Below, piece after piece: positions 12,006-25,499 of a stretch of 64,000 nucleotides of DNA. The notes beneath the pieces were generated by a model. That model had not been told where the DNA came from. It saw only the letters and a program-made list of their open reading frames with translations, and made no database searches. The stretch is taken from the NCBI RefSeq assembly GCF_018350175.1, contig NC_058369.1, forward strand, positions 10,788,001 through 10,852,000, written 5' to 3'. The position numbers and the translations under genes are program-made. The stretch is from Felis catus. Taxonomy: Eukaryota. Position 1 is the stretch's first letter, and each line of letters begins with the position of its first letter.

Positions 12006-12756
12006 GAGGTTGCACTGACCACGAGGAAAGACGATGGGAGACATCATTAATTTTCACCTGAACAGTGTCACTCACATTGTTGCAATGGTATGATTTGTAT
12101 TTTGCTGTCAAGAAGTTGTAGTGAGCGTCAAACATATTCCAGGCATTGTCAAGGCAATGAGTCTGGGAAAATCAAAAGCCAGTATAATCCAGTGATGGAG
12201 AATGAACAGAAGGAAATCAAAATATCAATAGGACCTCAGAGGGTGTCAAGTGCTGTGAAGGGAACAAGAGTAGGTGTAAGCAGAGTGTGGATACAAGTGT
12301 TATTTTGTAATTGGTGTTCAGTCAAGAACAGTGAACAAGGCGACATCTGAACGGAGACCTCAGGGAAAAGAAGGCAGGAGCCACGAGCATCTCTGGGGAA
12401 GTGTGTGCTGGCTGAGGGAATGGCCTCTGCTAAGGCCCTGAGGATGATCCTACTTTGAGGTATGTGGGTCCCAAACAGGAAGCACGTGTAGGAAGGGGAG
12501 TGAACAGGAGGGAAATCAGAGACGGTGTGAGGCAATTTCAAGGAAATGGGTGCTGCTGGTTAACCCGCAAGAAAACAGAGTCACTCACCCACACTATGTA
12601 CTGCTTGTATTTTAGACTCTACTTGCAAAGTCTCCTGTAAATTGACATCGATCCCTCCTGAATACTGTGTGTTGATTGAGTTCTGGCTTCTGTATTCACC
12701 TTAGTACATATTAGACCGTGTACTCCTGTTCTGAGGATGAATCCCACTCCAAAAAG

Positions 12757-12762
12757 CGCACG

Positions 12763-12803
<41 letters not shown>
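12757..12803. repeat. (CG)n(CA)n compound microsatellite
   Basis: Direct reading. Confidence 0.95.
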
Positions 12804-12805
<2 letters not shown>

Positions 12806-13019
12806 CACAAATGATTGTTTCTCTGGCTGTGTTCTTACCATGACTTCTCACCCCCACCCCCCGTGATTAAGTTTGGAGGGAGTATAACTCAAGCTGGCCA
12901 GATCCATAATCATTCCCCTAAACAATGTAAAATGTTACCTGAATTCCAATGAACAAGCTTCCCGTGAAGGAATAACATTGACAAGTCAGACTGGCATGTT
13001 CATTTTCTTTCCTGTATTT

Positions 13020-13358
13020 AAATTTTTTAACGTTTATTGATTATTGAGAGAGAGAGAGAGACAGAGCGTGAGTGGGGGAGGGGAGGAGAGAGAGGGAGAC
13101 ACAGAATCCGCAGCAGGCTCCAGGCTCCGAGATGTCAGCACAGAGCCCGACGCGGGGCTCGAACTCACAGACCGCGATGTCATGACCTGAGCCGAAGTCA
13201 GACGCACACCCGTCAGCCTTTTATAATACAGAAAATCCCACGCAGGCTCCACGCTCGGCATGGAGACTGATGCATGGTTGAATCTCACGAACCATGAGAT
13301 CATGACCTGAGTCGAAAGCAAGAGTCAGATGCTCAACGGACTGAGCCCCCCAGGCACC
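13020..13358 (-). mobile_element. Two adjacent CAN-SINE pieces (SINEC_Fc-like 13020-13205; older SINE 13235-13358)
   Basis: GAGCCCGACGCGGGGCTCGAACTC, and a second head CTGAGCCCCCCAGGCACC. Confidence 0.88.
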
Positions 13359-13944
13359 ACTGTATTCCAATTTAGTTGGTGAAGGTTGTTTCCTAAAGGC
13401 TGGCACAGGAGGCTAGCCATCTGAAAGAAAAGAAAGTTTCCCTAGACGCACATTTAAACAATCCAGAGGGATTAGAGACCTTGAAGTAAATGGAAACAGT
13501 ACATTTTCAGTGAACGTGCATAAAAACGCAGATACAAGCCACAGGTGAGCAAAATCGTAATTAAGGCAGGAAAATTAGAAGTAAGATAGATATATTTAGC
13601 TATATAAAATTTAAATCATTTTGTGGACATGATATCCAACCCAAGGCAATAAACGGTAATCTGTGAACTTCATGTGAAATGCTGCTAGCTGCGGAATAGG
13701 CATAGACTTTATGGACACATAATAACAATAGAGATGCAACAATGAACCTGGTGATCAAATATGTACATATTGGCTCAAATTCAGTAACGGTTGAAGAACA
13801 CAAGATCTCTCGAGCTGACTGGGTTGAAATTTTTAAACAGGTAGAAAAAAGAGATTCTCTAATTTTTCTGGGAGGAGTGTGAACCACTGCGATGTTGAGA
13901 AAACAACTGAAGACAGCTACAAATGTGAAAACACAGATATGCTT

Positions 13945-14140
13945 TAACTCAGAGATTCTCAGTCTCGGCACCCTTGACGTTCTGATCCAGACTGGCCTCT
14001 GTGGTGTGTGTGTGTGTCCTGGGCTTTGAACGTGTTTAGAGCATCCCTGGCCCTTCCTGAGCCGCCCCCCCCCCACCATGTGACACCCAAATAAGTCGTG
14101 TCCCCCTGAGGGACAGTGTTTCCTCCAGTGGAGAACCAGA
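13945..14140 (-). mobile_element. MER20-like fossil
   Basis: TTCTCAGTCTCGGCACCCTTGACG...TTTAGAGCATCCCTGGCC...TGTCCCCCTGAGGGACA...GAGAACCA. Confidence 0.7.
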
Positions 14141-14998
14141 TTTTTCACATAACAATCTCAAAATATTTTTGCAGAATTGTTATAATAGCAATGCATCGAG
14201 AAAAGCTAGGAAAAGCTTTTGAAGTGTGAGTAGCACAGCCGTATCATGAAATATTATGCAGACATCGAAATAAAGAATCAGCATTTCCCTAGTCGGTTGG
14301 AGACAAGTCCATGAGGTAGTTTTGAGGAAGAAGGAAGAGTGGACGCACGTAGAAGAAAAGACTACCCTAAAACCTAAAGAGCGTTTATGTTGTCCACAGC
14401 CCGCTATTCATTCATCCGTCTGGTTATGAATGTGTATGTGCGCCTAAGATAGGAAGAGAAGCTTTATGAGAACTGAAAGAATAAAGACTTCCAGGAGGAG
14501 TGAAATTAGGGCAAGTTTCAAAACAACTGTGGGAAACAAAATTATGTGAGACTCTAAAAGCGACTTACAAAAGGCATAAAATGATTTAGTGGTATCGAGG
14601 TGGGCCATTGATTTCAGATCACACTTCCAAACACGTGGAAAGAAAAGAATGCGATAGAATCACCTTTATCACTGGGGAAGGAGCCGTATCTAAATGATAA
14701 ATATTTTCTTATAACGATACATGGATTCAAATATGCTTATGGAGAGTAAGGTGATCTTCAGTCAAATGTAAAGAAGCCGTGGTAGTCAGAGATAATGCAA
14801 CTTCTGGAAATACATCTTTTCACAATGGGCCAATAGGAACTGTAGGGAATAACAGAGATGGGAAGGCACGTGGAAATGTGTATAGACAGTGATTTGTGAG
14901 CAACGTACAAAATACCACGTATGCTCCTTTTTGTTTATAGCAAGAATTTGCAAGTGAAGAGTATTAGTGACAGCTCAGTACAGGATAATGAAATAAGG

Positions 14999-15001
14999 AA
15001 A

Positions 15002-15040
<39 letters not shown>

Positions 15041-15080
15041 AAACATACATAAGTAAATAAATAAATAAATAAATAAATAA
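14999..15080. repeat. (AAAT)n microsatellite
   Basis: Direct reading. Confidence 0.92.
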
Positions 15081-15584
15081 CAAGAGAGAACACAGTATAA
15101 CCGAGTGACAGATTTGACCCCATATTACTAATGAACACAGTCCTATATGTCTATGTCACAGTGCATATATGTCTACATGTCCACAATGGAATTCAATGGT
15201 AAACGGCAAAGTGGGAAAAATAACACCGAACACCTCACCCACTTCCTTTTTAGAAAGAATGCAATCAGAGATGGCAGTAGCACCTCCTCGACTCCACTGT
15301 ACAAATGCAAAGACCTGTTAGAGACAATGTGTAAATTAGGCAACCAAGGAATAACTAACCCACAAATATAGTCAACTTCGTAGATAATGAAATCACTGCA
15401 AAGGAAAGCTAGGTAACCATAGTTTTCATTTATTACATCATGGCAGTCATACGAATATCCAGAGTAAGAGCACATTGTGAAAATATATGTCTCATGAATT
15501 AATGTTGCAAGGTCGTATATGCAAGCAGTAAATTGGTCTAGATATTTCTCATCAATATGGAAACGTAGCCCAGTATGCCCCATT

Positions 15585-15796
15585 TGTTTAATGTTTTTTT
15601 ATTTATTTTGAGACAGGGTGTGTGAAGGGGGGGAAAGACAGAGAGGGAGAGAGACACAGAATCCAAAGCAGGTTCCAGTCTCTGAGCTGTCAGCCAGAGC
15701 CCGATGCAGGGCTTGACCTCACAAACCATAAGATCATGACCTGACCCGAAATCAAGAGTTTGCAGCTTAACCCACTGAGCCACCCAGGCACCCCCC
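15585..15796 (-). mobile_element. CAN-SINE
   Basis: Head CTGAGCCACCCAGGCACCCC; imperfect TSD ATGCC(C/T)CATTT. Confidence 0.92.
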
Positions 15797-16029
15797 AGGA
15801 TGCCTCATTTAAAGACAAAAAAGAAATGTCCTGACTTCACTGCACATCCCTCCATCCCTAATTTTCCTACTCCCTTCAACTGCAAAACTCATTGGACATG
15901 TTCTACTTTTACTGGAAGTATTTCCTGCCTCCCCTCCCATCACTTCACTGGCAACAATCACCCATGTGTGGCTGAGTTCAATGTGCAATCCTTTCTGTAA
16001 CATCATCCACGAGGTCATTAAGTAATCAG

Positions 16030-16680
16030 GCAAGCAAATGACCATAGAGATCTCCAGGTTCTGGGCTAGGCTGGTGGCTGTGTGGTGACCTTAGGTAAAT
16101 GCACCTGTCTTTGATTCTCCCTACTCTTTTCCTGAAGATCCTGCCGGGTCTCAGACTCACCTGGATGGGAGCTCTGAGGGAGAGGTCTCCTTGTGGCTGT
16201 CTGAATTCCCTCCAGATGGTTATTGGTGGTGACTAAACTCTGTCCCCACACAAGACGACAGGAAAGAGGCTAGCATGAGTCTCCCAGCCAAGCTTCAGAC
16301 TCCGGAAGCAACAACCAGGTCCCATCAGCCCAAGGTTGCACAGGCAGAGGGACGGCACACAGGAGATATTTATAGTTTCCTCTGTCTGTTCATGAGGCAC
16401 GTTCCCCTCCTGCCTCTCCAACCTACAGCACATGATTTCCCTGGAGGACACTGGTCTGGAGACAAAGGAAAGTTTTTTGGAGATTCCATATTCCCAATAG
16501 ACTGTGACCCCAGTGTTAATCACTCCTTGCTCTTGAACTCTGCTCCTCCCAGAGGGCAGACATCCCGCATCTCATCCCAACCCTGATTTCAGCTTTTCCC
16601 CCAAGTCTAGAACTGCACAATCTTTGTGGATTAGATGCCTTGGATGTCCAAACACTTGGCTTGTGGTGGAGACACAGCTC
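16030..16680 (-). promoter_or_regulatory. Candidate promoter / non-coding exon 1 module X for OR-2
   Basis: Paralogous module on the OR-2 strand. CAG|GTGAGT donor at 16161/16160; O/E(EBF)-like CCTCCAGGGA near 16440. Confidence 0.5.
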
Positions 16681-16914
16681 CGCTATCTATGGAACATTCC
16701 TATTTCCTTTTCAACGAGTTCCTTTGATATGAACCCCAAGCACTACGTACCTCAGCTTCATGACACATTTTCCAAACATTTAGGCATTCCATAATATGTC
16801 ACAAGGTAACAGCTGCCATGTAGCCCCTCTGTGTGAAGCATTTGTCAGTTATATAAAATATATTCAGATCATATTTGGCACTATGATATGAGCTTGGGAC
16901 AGAAAAGTAAACAG

Positions 16915-17075
16915 ATCCTTCCCTGTAGCTTCCAGAAGGAACCAAGCCTTGCAAACATCTTCGTTTCAGACCCATGAGAACGACTTCAGGCTTTTGAGCC
17001 CCAGAACTGTAAGAGCATACATGTGTGTTAAAACACTAATGTAGTCATTGTACGTTAGCATTAGGACTTGGACAC
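16915..17075 (+). mobile_element. MLT1 (MaLR LTR) 3' fragment (paralogs ~30895-31050 and ~50295-50680, minus)
   Basis: AGCTTCCAGAAGGAACCAAGCCTTGCAAACATC...CCAGAACTGTAAGA. Confidence 0.65.
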
Positions 17076-17484
17076 AAACATTTGTCCAATAAAATTTTGC
17101 TAAGAACCTGAGACTAAGCTTCTCCGTTCATTCACTATAGCTCCCCCTGGGTAAAGGCATTTTGTGTTGTAATCCCATCTTTAAGTAGAAGAATTTTAAA
17201 ATCAGTTTGGAGATATTCGTCCTCTTTAGCTGGTAGAGAATTTCTCAGGGCATAAATACAAACGTGCTCCAGATTTTATTGTCTTTGACGCATTAGCAGA
17301 AGAAAAGTAATTCATCATTTGAATGTATGTCTATTGTTTATACTAAATTGTTGTGTCTACATGTCTACATTCTATCAATTGCATATTAACTCAAACATTT
17401 ATTCTTTTTATGTCAACACTCTTCAAATTTCACTCATTTCCTTTCAACATAAAATAAGAGGTCATAAATGAGTCTGTGTTCATT

Positions 17485-17662
17485 TTTTAAATTTTTGTTT
17501 GAGAGTAAGAGCATGTGTGAGTGGAGGAGAGGCAGAGGGAGAGATTCAGAGAGAGAGAATCCTAAGCAAGTTCCATGCTCAGTGTGGCGGGGAACCCAAT
17601 TCCACGACCCCAGGGGAAATCAAGAGTCAGACATTCAGCCAACTGAGCCACTCGGGTGCCCC
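17485..17662 (-). mobile_element. CAN-SINE (older)
   Basis: GAAATCAAGAGTCAGACATTCAGCCAACTGAGCCACTCGGGTGCCCC. Confidence 0.85.
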
Positions 17663-17689
17663 ATTGAGTCTGCTTAAAATGAATAAGCA

Positions 17690-18000
17690 AGCACACAAAA
17701 CAGCAGAATCCGATCCATAAATATAGAGAATAAACTCGTGGTTGTCAGAGGGGGGTGGGGGGGATGGGTGAAGGGCAGTGGGAGGTACAGGCTTCCAGTT
17801 GTGGAATAAATGAGTCATGGAAGTCAAAGGCACAGCGGACAGAATATAGTCAATGATATTGCAATGGCCTGGTAGGCTGACAGCCAGCAGTGCCTTTGTG
17901 CTGGGCACCACATAATGTACGGAGAAGTTGAATCTCTACGTCGTACACATGAAACTCGTGTAACATTGTGTGCCAAGTGCACTCAGATAATAATATTTTT
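17690..18000 (+). mobile_element. Old L1 3' end (inverted paralog 29895-30215)
   Basis: GAGGTACAGGCTTCCAGTT...AATATAGTCAATGATATTG...GAAGTTGAATCTCTAC...CATGAAAC. Confidence 0.8.
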
Positions 18001-18279
18001 AAAAACGATTCTGTGTTTGGGTACATATGTGTAGGTGTGTTTATTTGAAATAGAAATGTATACAGAGAAACACACATATATGCATACATACAACTTTACG
18101 GCTGAGCATTTTCTTCGGATTCAACGAAATATGTCCGCACACGTCATTTATTTCTTGCAATATACATTTGAAGTTATGTTTACGGTCCCAAGTTACTTTT
18201 GGAAATAAAGAAGCTGAGGCCAAGGGAGATTACATTTTAACAATTGGATTAAGAAGTCATCAAGGTTGTGCATTTTCTT

Positions 18280-18502
18280 TTTTTTTTTAAATTTTTTTTT
18301 CAATGTTTATTTATTTTTGGGACAGAGAGAGACAGAGCATGAACGGGGGAGGAGCAGAGAGAGAGGGAGGCACAGAATCGGAAACAGGCTCCAGGCTCTG
18401 AGCCATCAGCCCAGAGCCCGACGCGGGGCTCGAACTCACGGACCGCGAGATCGCGACCTGGCTGAAGTCAGACGCTTAACCGACTGCGCCACCCAGGCGC
18501 CC
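18280..18502 (-). mobile_element. Young felid SINE (SINEC_Fc) with 19-bp TSD CAAGGTTGTGCATTTTCTT
   Basis: Near-consensus and CpG-rich. TSD at 18261-18279 and 18503-18521. Confidence 0.96.
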
Positions 18503-18953
18503 CAAGGTTGTGCATTTTCTTAAAGAACATCAAATAGGAATGTGCAGTAGGTACTTTAGTTTTTGTATGGCTCCCTTAATTCATCAAATCATACATTCCG
18601 AATAGATGCAGTTTATAGCACATGATTATACCCCCACTAAATTAGTTAGAAGGGAAAAAAATCTAGCAGCGTACGGATCAGTGTGAAATACAGAGCAGAG
18701 GTAGCTGATTCATACTGAGTCGTGACAGGAGCTTTTTCTTCTCAGTAGGAAGAAAGCAAAGAGTGATGTATGAATACAGGAACAGTAGATGTAAATTAAA
18801 ATCATTCACTTTTGATATTCTTTTTTCCCCTGTAAAACAGAGGATAAAAATGCACTCGGAAATCGAGTTAACTGATCATATACTTGTTCAGAAGAGAAGT
18901 GCCCCATGGTCACACATGACATCATGGATGAGCCTTAGGAACAATGTAGAGTC

Positions 18954-19178
18954 GGGGTGCCTGAGTGGCTCAGTCGATTGAGTGTCCAACTTCGGCTCAG
19001 GTCATGATCTCACAGCTTGTGGGTTCAAGCCCTGCGTCAGGCTCGGTGCTGCCAGCTCGGAGCCTGGAGCCTGCTTCGGATTCTGTGTCTCCCTCTCTCT
19101 TTCTGCCCCTAACCCACTCGCATCCTGTCTCTGCCTCTCTCAAAACAAATAAACTTTAAGAAAAAATTATAAAAAAAG
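18954..19178 (+). mobile_element. CAN-SINE
   Basis: GGGGTGCCTGAGTGGCTCAGTCG...A-rich tail; flanking TGTAGAGTC repeats. Confidence 0.93.
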
Positions 19179-19484
19179 AAACTGTGTAGAGTCTCACAGC
19201 TCACTATAGACTCACGAGGAGACAGGCAGAGCTCAGAACAATCCCCAACATACAATATCATTTGGTAATAAAAGCATTACATTAAATCATTTTCTTTTAA
19301 ATGGCTTGTTATGCAGCAATGGCTAACTGATTCAATGATCACGGTGAACAGAAGTAAGGACAATTATTATCTGCTGCTGACTGTTCTTGGTATTTATTCT
19401 TGTATTTGAAGCCTGCATTCATGGTACCTCTGCTATTTCAGTTTAGTTCAGACAACTGCATATAAAACCTCTCACTGAGAAGCA

Positions 19485-19725
19485 GTGGCTCAGTCGGTTG
19501 AGTCAGTTGGTTGAGTCGGTTGGGTCTCCAACTCTTGATTTTGGCTAAGGTTGTGATCTCACAGTCATGAGATCAAGCCCCGTTCAACTTGGAGCCTGCT
19601 TAAGATTCTATCTCTGTCTCCCTCTCTGCCTCTTCCCCTCTCTCCTGCTCACTCCCCCTCTCCCTCTCTCTCTCTCTCTCTCTCAAAAACAAACAAACAA
19701 ACAATAACAACAAAAACAACAAAAC
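19485..19725 (+). mobile_element. CAN-SINE (diverged)
   Basis: GTGGCTCAGTCGGTTGAG...(CT)n, (CAAA)n tail. Confidence 0.85.
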
Positions 19726-20599
19726 AACTACCTCTCATTGAGGGTCATTTCCCCATAGCCAGAAAAGATTGAAAATGTATGCATTATTGTGTTGGAAAAC
19801 TGGTGTCCCTGATTCACATGATCAGACAGGAATGCAAGCTCCCTCTTATGTCATCCCTTGAGCATAGAAGATGAATAGAATCCTGAGCCTGAGAAACATG
19901 TATAATGGAGGAAATGACCATTCGACACCCCTTTCGTGGTTATGACAAAATTTAGAAGGAAAGGGGATATATTTCTTTTACAACAATGAAAGGAGTCATA
20001 CCAAAGGCAGCGTAAAGATTTCAGGAAGAAACAAGGAGATAATTCAATAAAAGTAGAAAAATGTCAATCAGTCCTTCCCCCATTTGGATAAGCCGCCTTA
20101 CACATGGCCACCAATCCTCCATACTCCAATAAATAGCCGTACAGCATGAAGAATAAATACTTTAAAGAGCACAATGTGCGATTTAAAATAAAATAAAATT
20201 TTGCTTCATCATATTAAAGGGCATCTGGAGTCTAAGGTCATACTCTAAAGTCAATCTATCTATTAGTGTTTGTTGTTCCATGAAGACTTCTCTTGGAGAC
20301 GCGTATTTGGTGAACACTTCAGTAAGGAAGTGACTTTCGTACACATTGTGGACAACAAGGTACTAAGAGACCAGGATCCTAATGAGGAGAATAAAACCCA
20401 TCTATACGACACATTAATATATTAAGTGTCCATTATTAAGAAGAGCAGTTAAGATACTGATATACAAAGGAGCTTCAGACATATAAGCGAAAAAACGTAG
20501 CCTCAGATATTGTTCTACTTTAAAATCACATATATTTGTTATAAAGTGTGGTTGTTTCCATAGGTGGCGTATCAATCATGACAGTTCTTTTTGTTTGTT

Positions 20600-20780
20600 T
20601 GTTTCAAGTTTTTATTTAAATTCTAGTTAGTGAACATGTAGTGTAGTGTTGGTGTCAGGAGTAGAATTTAGTGATTCATCACTTACATACAACACCCAGT
20701 GCTCACCCCAACAAGTTCCCTCCCTAATGCCCATTGCCCATGTAGCCCATCACCCACCCAATTCCGCCCACCAATCCTAA
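20600..20780 (-). mobile_element. L1 3' end (carnivore type)
   Basis: TTTAAATTCTAGTTAG...GATTCATCACTTACATACAACACCCAGTGCTC...CCCTAATGCCCAT. Confidence 0.85.
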
Positions 20781-21136
20781 GACATACAGAGAGCTAACTA
20801 GTGGTAATTGTGGCATTAAAAAAACACGTATGGAAGAAAAATTATTTGGTGTGACACAATTGTTTGAGAAAGATTATTTTTTAAAAATGTCTATGTTGCC
20901 TCAAGGTAAATGAACATTTCCAAATATTTCACATCCGTGGTTGGAAATAAAATTCAGAAAGTGGGAAATACAAGGGAAAAAATTGTAGGATATCAGAGAG
21001 AGCAGAGCTTCATAGAGTGAGTTACATACATGGCATATGGAAGTTGAGGACAAGGAAATAAACGGAAAGAGGAATACTACATCTACAGTCTGAATAAAGA
21101 CCACAGTCTCTGACACAGAGGCTTTGACCCCTGCAA

Positions 21137-22105
21137 TCATAGGCACTTCTTCAATCTTATGACGATTGGCCATGTAAGGGTCTCCTTCCCAAAGAATGCT
21201 TTCAGAGCCCTTTTCATGTCTTTGTTCCTCAAGCTGTAGATGAAGGGGTTCAGCATGGGCGTGACCACCGTGTACATCACCGAGGCTGTGGCACTTGACC
21301 GTGAGCTCTGGGTAGCAGCAGAGCTCAGGTACACGCCGAGCATCGTACAGTAAAATAAACACACGACCGACAGGTGAGACGCACAGGTGGAAAACGTTTT
21401 ATACTTGCCCTTAGCTGATGCAATCCCACGTATAGAGGAAACTATCTTGGAATAAGAGTAAAGGATCCCAGCAAAAGGACCACCACCCAGCAGGACAGCT
21501 GCAAGATACATCACCACGTTATTAAGAAAGGTGTCAGAGCAGGCAAGTTGGAGCATCTGATTGAGTTCGCAGAAAAAGTGGGGGATTTCCACCTCTGTAC
21601 AGAAGGACAGCCGAAATGCCATTAAGGTTTGTAACAAGNNNNNNNNNNNNNNNNNNNNNNNNNNNNNNNNNNNNNNNNNNNNNNNNNNNNNNNNNNNNNN
21701 NNNNNNNNNNNNNNNNNNNNNNNNNNNNNNNNNNNNNNNNNNNNNNNNNNNNNNNNNNNNNNNNNNNNNNNNNNNNAACACACCAAAGAGTATGAAAAAA
21801 TAAATCTGTGTGATGCAATCCTCATAGGTTATGACTTTGCTCTGAGTCCGGATGTTCACCAGCATCTTCGGGACGGTGGTGGAGGTGAAGCAGATGTCTA
21901 CAAAGGACAGGTTGGCCAGGAAGAAGTACATGGGCGTGTGGAGGTTGGGGTCTGTGCTGATGGCCAAGATGATGAGCAGGTTCCCAAACACAGTGATCAG
22001 GTACATGGAGAGGAAAAACCCAAATATGAGGGGCTGCAGTCCTGGTTCCTCTGAAAACCCCAGAAGAAGAAACTTTGAAATTTGTGTTTCATTACTTGGT
22101 TCCAT
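21137..22105 (-). CDS. Olfactory receptor, family 7 (OR7A-like), 322 aa, interrupted by an N gap (OR-3)
   Basis: MEPSNETQ start, [36 protein letters not shown]3-TM4 lies in Ns 21639-21776; frame is preserved across the gap but intactness inside it is unknown. Confidence 0.85.
   Translation of the reverse strand: MEPSNETQISKFLLLGFSEEPGLQPLIFGFFLSMYLITVFGNLLIILAISTDPNLHTPMYFFLANLSFVDICFTSTTVPKMLVNIRTQSKVITYEDCITQIYFFILFGVXXXXXXXXXXXXXXXXXXXXXXXXXXXXXXXXXXXXXXXXXXXXXXXLLQTLMAFRLSFCTEVEIPHFFCELNQMLQLACSDTFLNNVVMYLAAVLLGGGPFAGILYSYSKIVSSIRGIASAKGKYKTFSTCASHLSVVCLFYCTMLGVYLSSAATQSSRSSATASVMYTVVTPMLNPFIYSLRNKDMKRALKAFFGKETLTWPIVIRLKKCL
21639..21776. other. Assembly gap (138 N)
   Basis: Run of N. 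Confidence 1.
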
Positions 22106-23208
22106 GTGGTGGAGGTGGCTTCTGGGAAAGAGGGAAATAAAATAACATAAATTTGTATTACTCACAAAATTGAAATGCGACTGTTTTTTTTATTTTGCAG
22201 TCCAGAAATTCCTTTTAATATGTTGTGTATGGATATGGTCCCCTTTAGGGAATCATCGCTGCCACATCTGATATATTTTTATTGTCAATCAGCTTCTTTC
22301 CTAAGAAATCATGTATTTTATACTTTTCCTGAGAAATGCTTCAAGTATTCAGGAATAAAATTGAGTGCTGACCAGGTTTCAGGCACTATCTGGGCAATGA
22401 GTATAGAGTGCTGAAGAACAAAAATCCCTACAGCGATGGAGAAAAAATATGTAAGCAAAGAAGATAATTATACAACTATCTTTTTGATACAATTATCTTT
22501 TGATTATCTCACCTTTTTGATGGTGAGGTGTGCTGTGAAGAAATGGGAAACAGGGATAAAGCGGAGAGCAAATAGGGCATTCTATTTTAATGGCATTTAG
22601 GCAAATTCTGTACACAGGTGGCATTGGAGCACAGATGTCATGTAAGACAGAGACATAGACACAGGATTCTGGGGGAAGTGTGTGCCTGGCAGGGGGAATG
22701 GCCAGTGCAAAGGCCCTGAGGAAGGTACTTGTTTCAAATGTTCAAGCGACAAAGCAAAGCCAGCGCTGCAAGGGGAATGGTCTTGAGGGACACAGATGAC
22801 AGACTCTGTCACACATGTGAGGAGGGATGTGGCCCCTCTGTGACAACTGTGACCTCCAGGCACAGGGCCATCCTTGTCCACACTGCCTCTCCCTCGGTAT
22901 TCATCGTGCTGCAAAGCCATCCCATGAATTGTCACAGATCCCCGTCTTGGTGCCTGCTCTTGACTGAGCTCTGGCCCATGTATGGTGTCACCTTGGGATT
23001 GAGGAGTCCTGGCCCCTGTTGTGAGGACTGCTCATCCTCTACAAGTCACACACGCACAAGACACCGTGGTCTTCTGGGCGGTGAATTTCCCTGTTCTCAC
23101 AGCCCCCACATTCTTGGTTATGCTGGGAATGGATACAACCCAAGGAGACCCGATCAGCCATCTTTCCCCTGCAGAGTGTAGAAATGGTTCCCAGAAATGC
23201 TAATTCTT

Positions 23209-23425
23209 TTTAAAAATTTTTTTTCAACGTTTATTTATTTTTGGGACAGAGAGAGACAGAGCATGAACGGGGGAGGGGCAGAGAGAGAGGGAGACACAGA
23301 ATCGGAAACAGGCTCCAGGCTCTGAGCCATCAGCCCAGAGCCCGACACAGGGCTCGAACTCACGGACCGCGAGATAGTGACCTGGCTGAAGTCGGACACT
23401 TAACCGACTGCGCCACCCAGGCGCC
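23209..23425 (-). mobile_element. Young felid SINE (SINEC_Fc) with TSD CCCAGAAATGCTAATTCTT
   Basis: TSD at 23190-23208 and 23426-23444. Absent at the paralogous site near 39900. Confidence 0.96.
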
Positions 23426-25039
23426 CCCAGAAATGCTAATTCTTAACCCTCCCATGGACCAATCACCATGGAGCTCCATGCTGGAATGTTAATTTTCCTC
23501 TGTGATTTACACCAGTGTAACAAAGTCTGCTCAATAGATGAAAGAGACAGAGGGTGAGATACAGAGGGAATGAAATCGATGAGGGAGAGCAATGATCTCA
23601 TAAGCTGGGGTGGTCCCTGAGAGACTGTGAGGAAGAACTATCTCCCTTGCTTCTCCCCTGGTTACATCCCCTGATGCCCAGCAAAAATAATAAGAGAATG
23701 AAGCAAACTTGTTTAAAAGACAGATATGATATATTCATGGTGTACTTGTACAAAACTATATAGATAAAAATATAAATAGATACAAATTTTAACATATCCA
23801 TTTATATTATACATCAAGAAAAAAGAGCAAAGGGATAAACCAATACAATCAAAGTCGGGAATTTTTATATCAAGCCTAGAAGACATTTTCCTGTACCTCC
23901 TGCATCATTATATGACTGATTTATTTCTACGTGATTGATGGGGATGGGGTTAGCTCCTTTTTCCCTCTTCTTATGTGGCACCTTTTCATTGATATTCCTG
24001 GGCTTTGAGTAAAGATCTCTCTTTCTCAAACCCAATGGACACCCTCTAGTCCTCATTCTGGATCTCATCCAACATGCAAAGGACTCCCCAGACCATGCTC
24101 TGTAAATCCTGCCCACATCATGACAGTCTCAATGCTCCACTGTAACATCCAGAAGAGCAGGGACTTTATCCTCTCTGTTCATTTCTGTTTTTCACCAACT
24201 TAGTTGAATATATGTTTTCTCTAAGAAGATATAAGACTATGAGAAGTTATAGAATGGAAAGAATGAAAGGTTCTGGCAACCAGGTTAAAATAGTACCTTG
24301 GAAACACCTGTCATAAGCAAAGTTGTATGAAAAATAAAAGCAAACTGGAACAGGTAAAAATAGCAGTCATTAGTAATACCGACACGGATTAATAACTAAA
24401 TTGTGAACGACCATGAAAGAATATGACATATAGTGTCCCTAGAATGTTCTGGCCCATGGCAGATGCTCAGTTATTATTTGTTGAGTGAATCAGGAATTAG
24501 GTCTCAGTGTATAAGGACATTTCCTATATGACAAGGTCGTATTTCAGTTTCGTTGGAAAAAGGTGAATTGCTAAGTAACAGCTAGAATAAATGGATATCT
24601 ATCTGGAAAAACATTAAACTGGTCCCCTCCCTCAGACACATTATCGACACCAGAGGGATAATGACTTCAGTGTAAGTGTAACCATACAATATATGGAACA
24701 TCAAGAAAACTGCATATAACGTTTACAGGTGGGAAAAACCACTAAAATAAAGCAAGAAACTTAGCAATAAGAAGATAGGAATATTTAAATCAAGTTAAAC
24801 ATTTTTATGGTCAAAGAATGTTTCCAAAGTCGACGGAGAAGCAATGATCTGAGGAAATCTTTTGAAATGCTAAAAAAAAGCAGGGGAGGGGGAATAGCAT
24901 ATGGCCATATAATAATCAGAAAGGTCATCACATATTTGCTGAAACTGAGGGATAGATTAAGAAACAACAGGAAATGTCTTCTTCACCCAGGAACCTGGGG
25001 AAAAAACTTAGCGCAGTGTTACATTGTGTGTGGTTGGAA

Positions 25040-25247
25040 CTTTTTTTAATGTTTATTTTTGAGAGAGAGAGAGAGAGACAGAGTGCAATTGGGGAGGGGC
25101 AGAGAGAGAGGGAGACAGAATCCGAAGCAGGTTCCAGGCTCTGAGCTGTCAGCATAGAGCCTGGTGCGGGGCTCGAACTCATGGACTGTGAAATCATGAC
25201 CTGAGCCAAAGTCGGACGCTTAACCGACTGAGCCTCCCAGGCGCCCC
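25040..25247 (-). mobile_element. CAN-SINE
   Basis: Head GAGCCTCCCAGGCGCCCC; flanking TGTGGTTGGA repeats. Confidence 0.94.
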
Positions 25248-25499
25248 TGTGGTTGGACTCTTAAGCAGGTAGTCTTGGGGTTACACTGAATTTGCTGGTG
25301 GAAAGGTGGGTGTTACAGGTTGAAGGCAGGACCTGAAAGCAGCTATATTACAAATATTCATATTTTTAATGCAGGGTTTCTACGTCTCTGCCTATGGACA
25401 TCCTGACCAGAGCCTGCCCAGTGCTGAGGTCTGTGTATCTTAGGATGTTTAGAGCATCCCTTTCATGGTAAAGAATATGAAGGACTCTCAAAAGTGTTC

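Noticed and set aside
12006-12047. N-terminal extensions in the ORF track (OR-2 MMSPIVF..., OR-3 MSNTN..., OR-4/OR-5 MPLS..., OR-7 MFPGS...)
   Set aside because: Most use TTG/GTG starts. All lie upstream of the likely splice acceptor, and the homologous ATGATG is out of frame in OR-4 and OR-5.
18266-18523. Recurrent ORFs such as QRETEHERGR... and MAQWVK..., and tRNA-like A/B boxes
   Set aside because: CAN-SINE sequence with a tRNA-derived head, not protein or tRNA genes.
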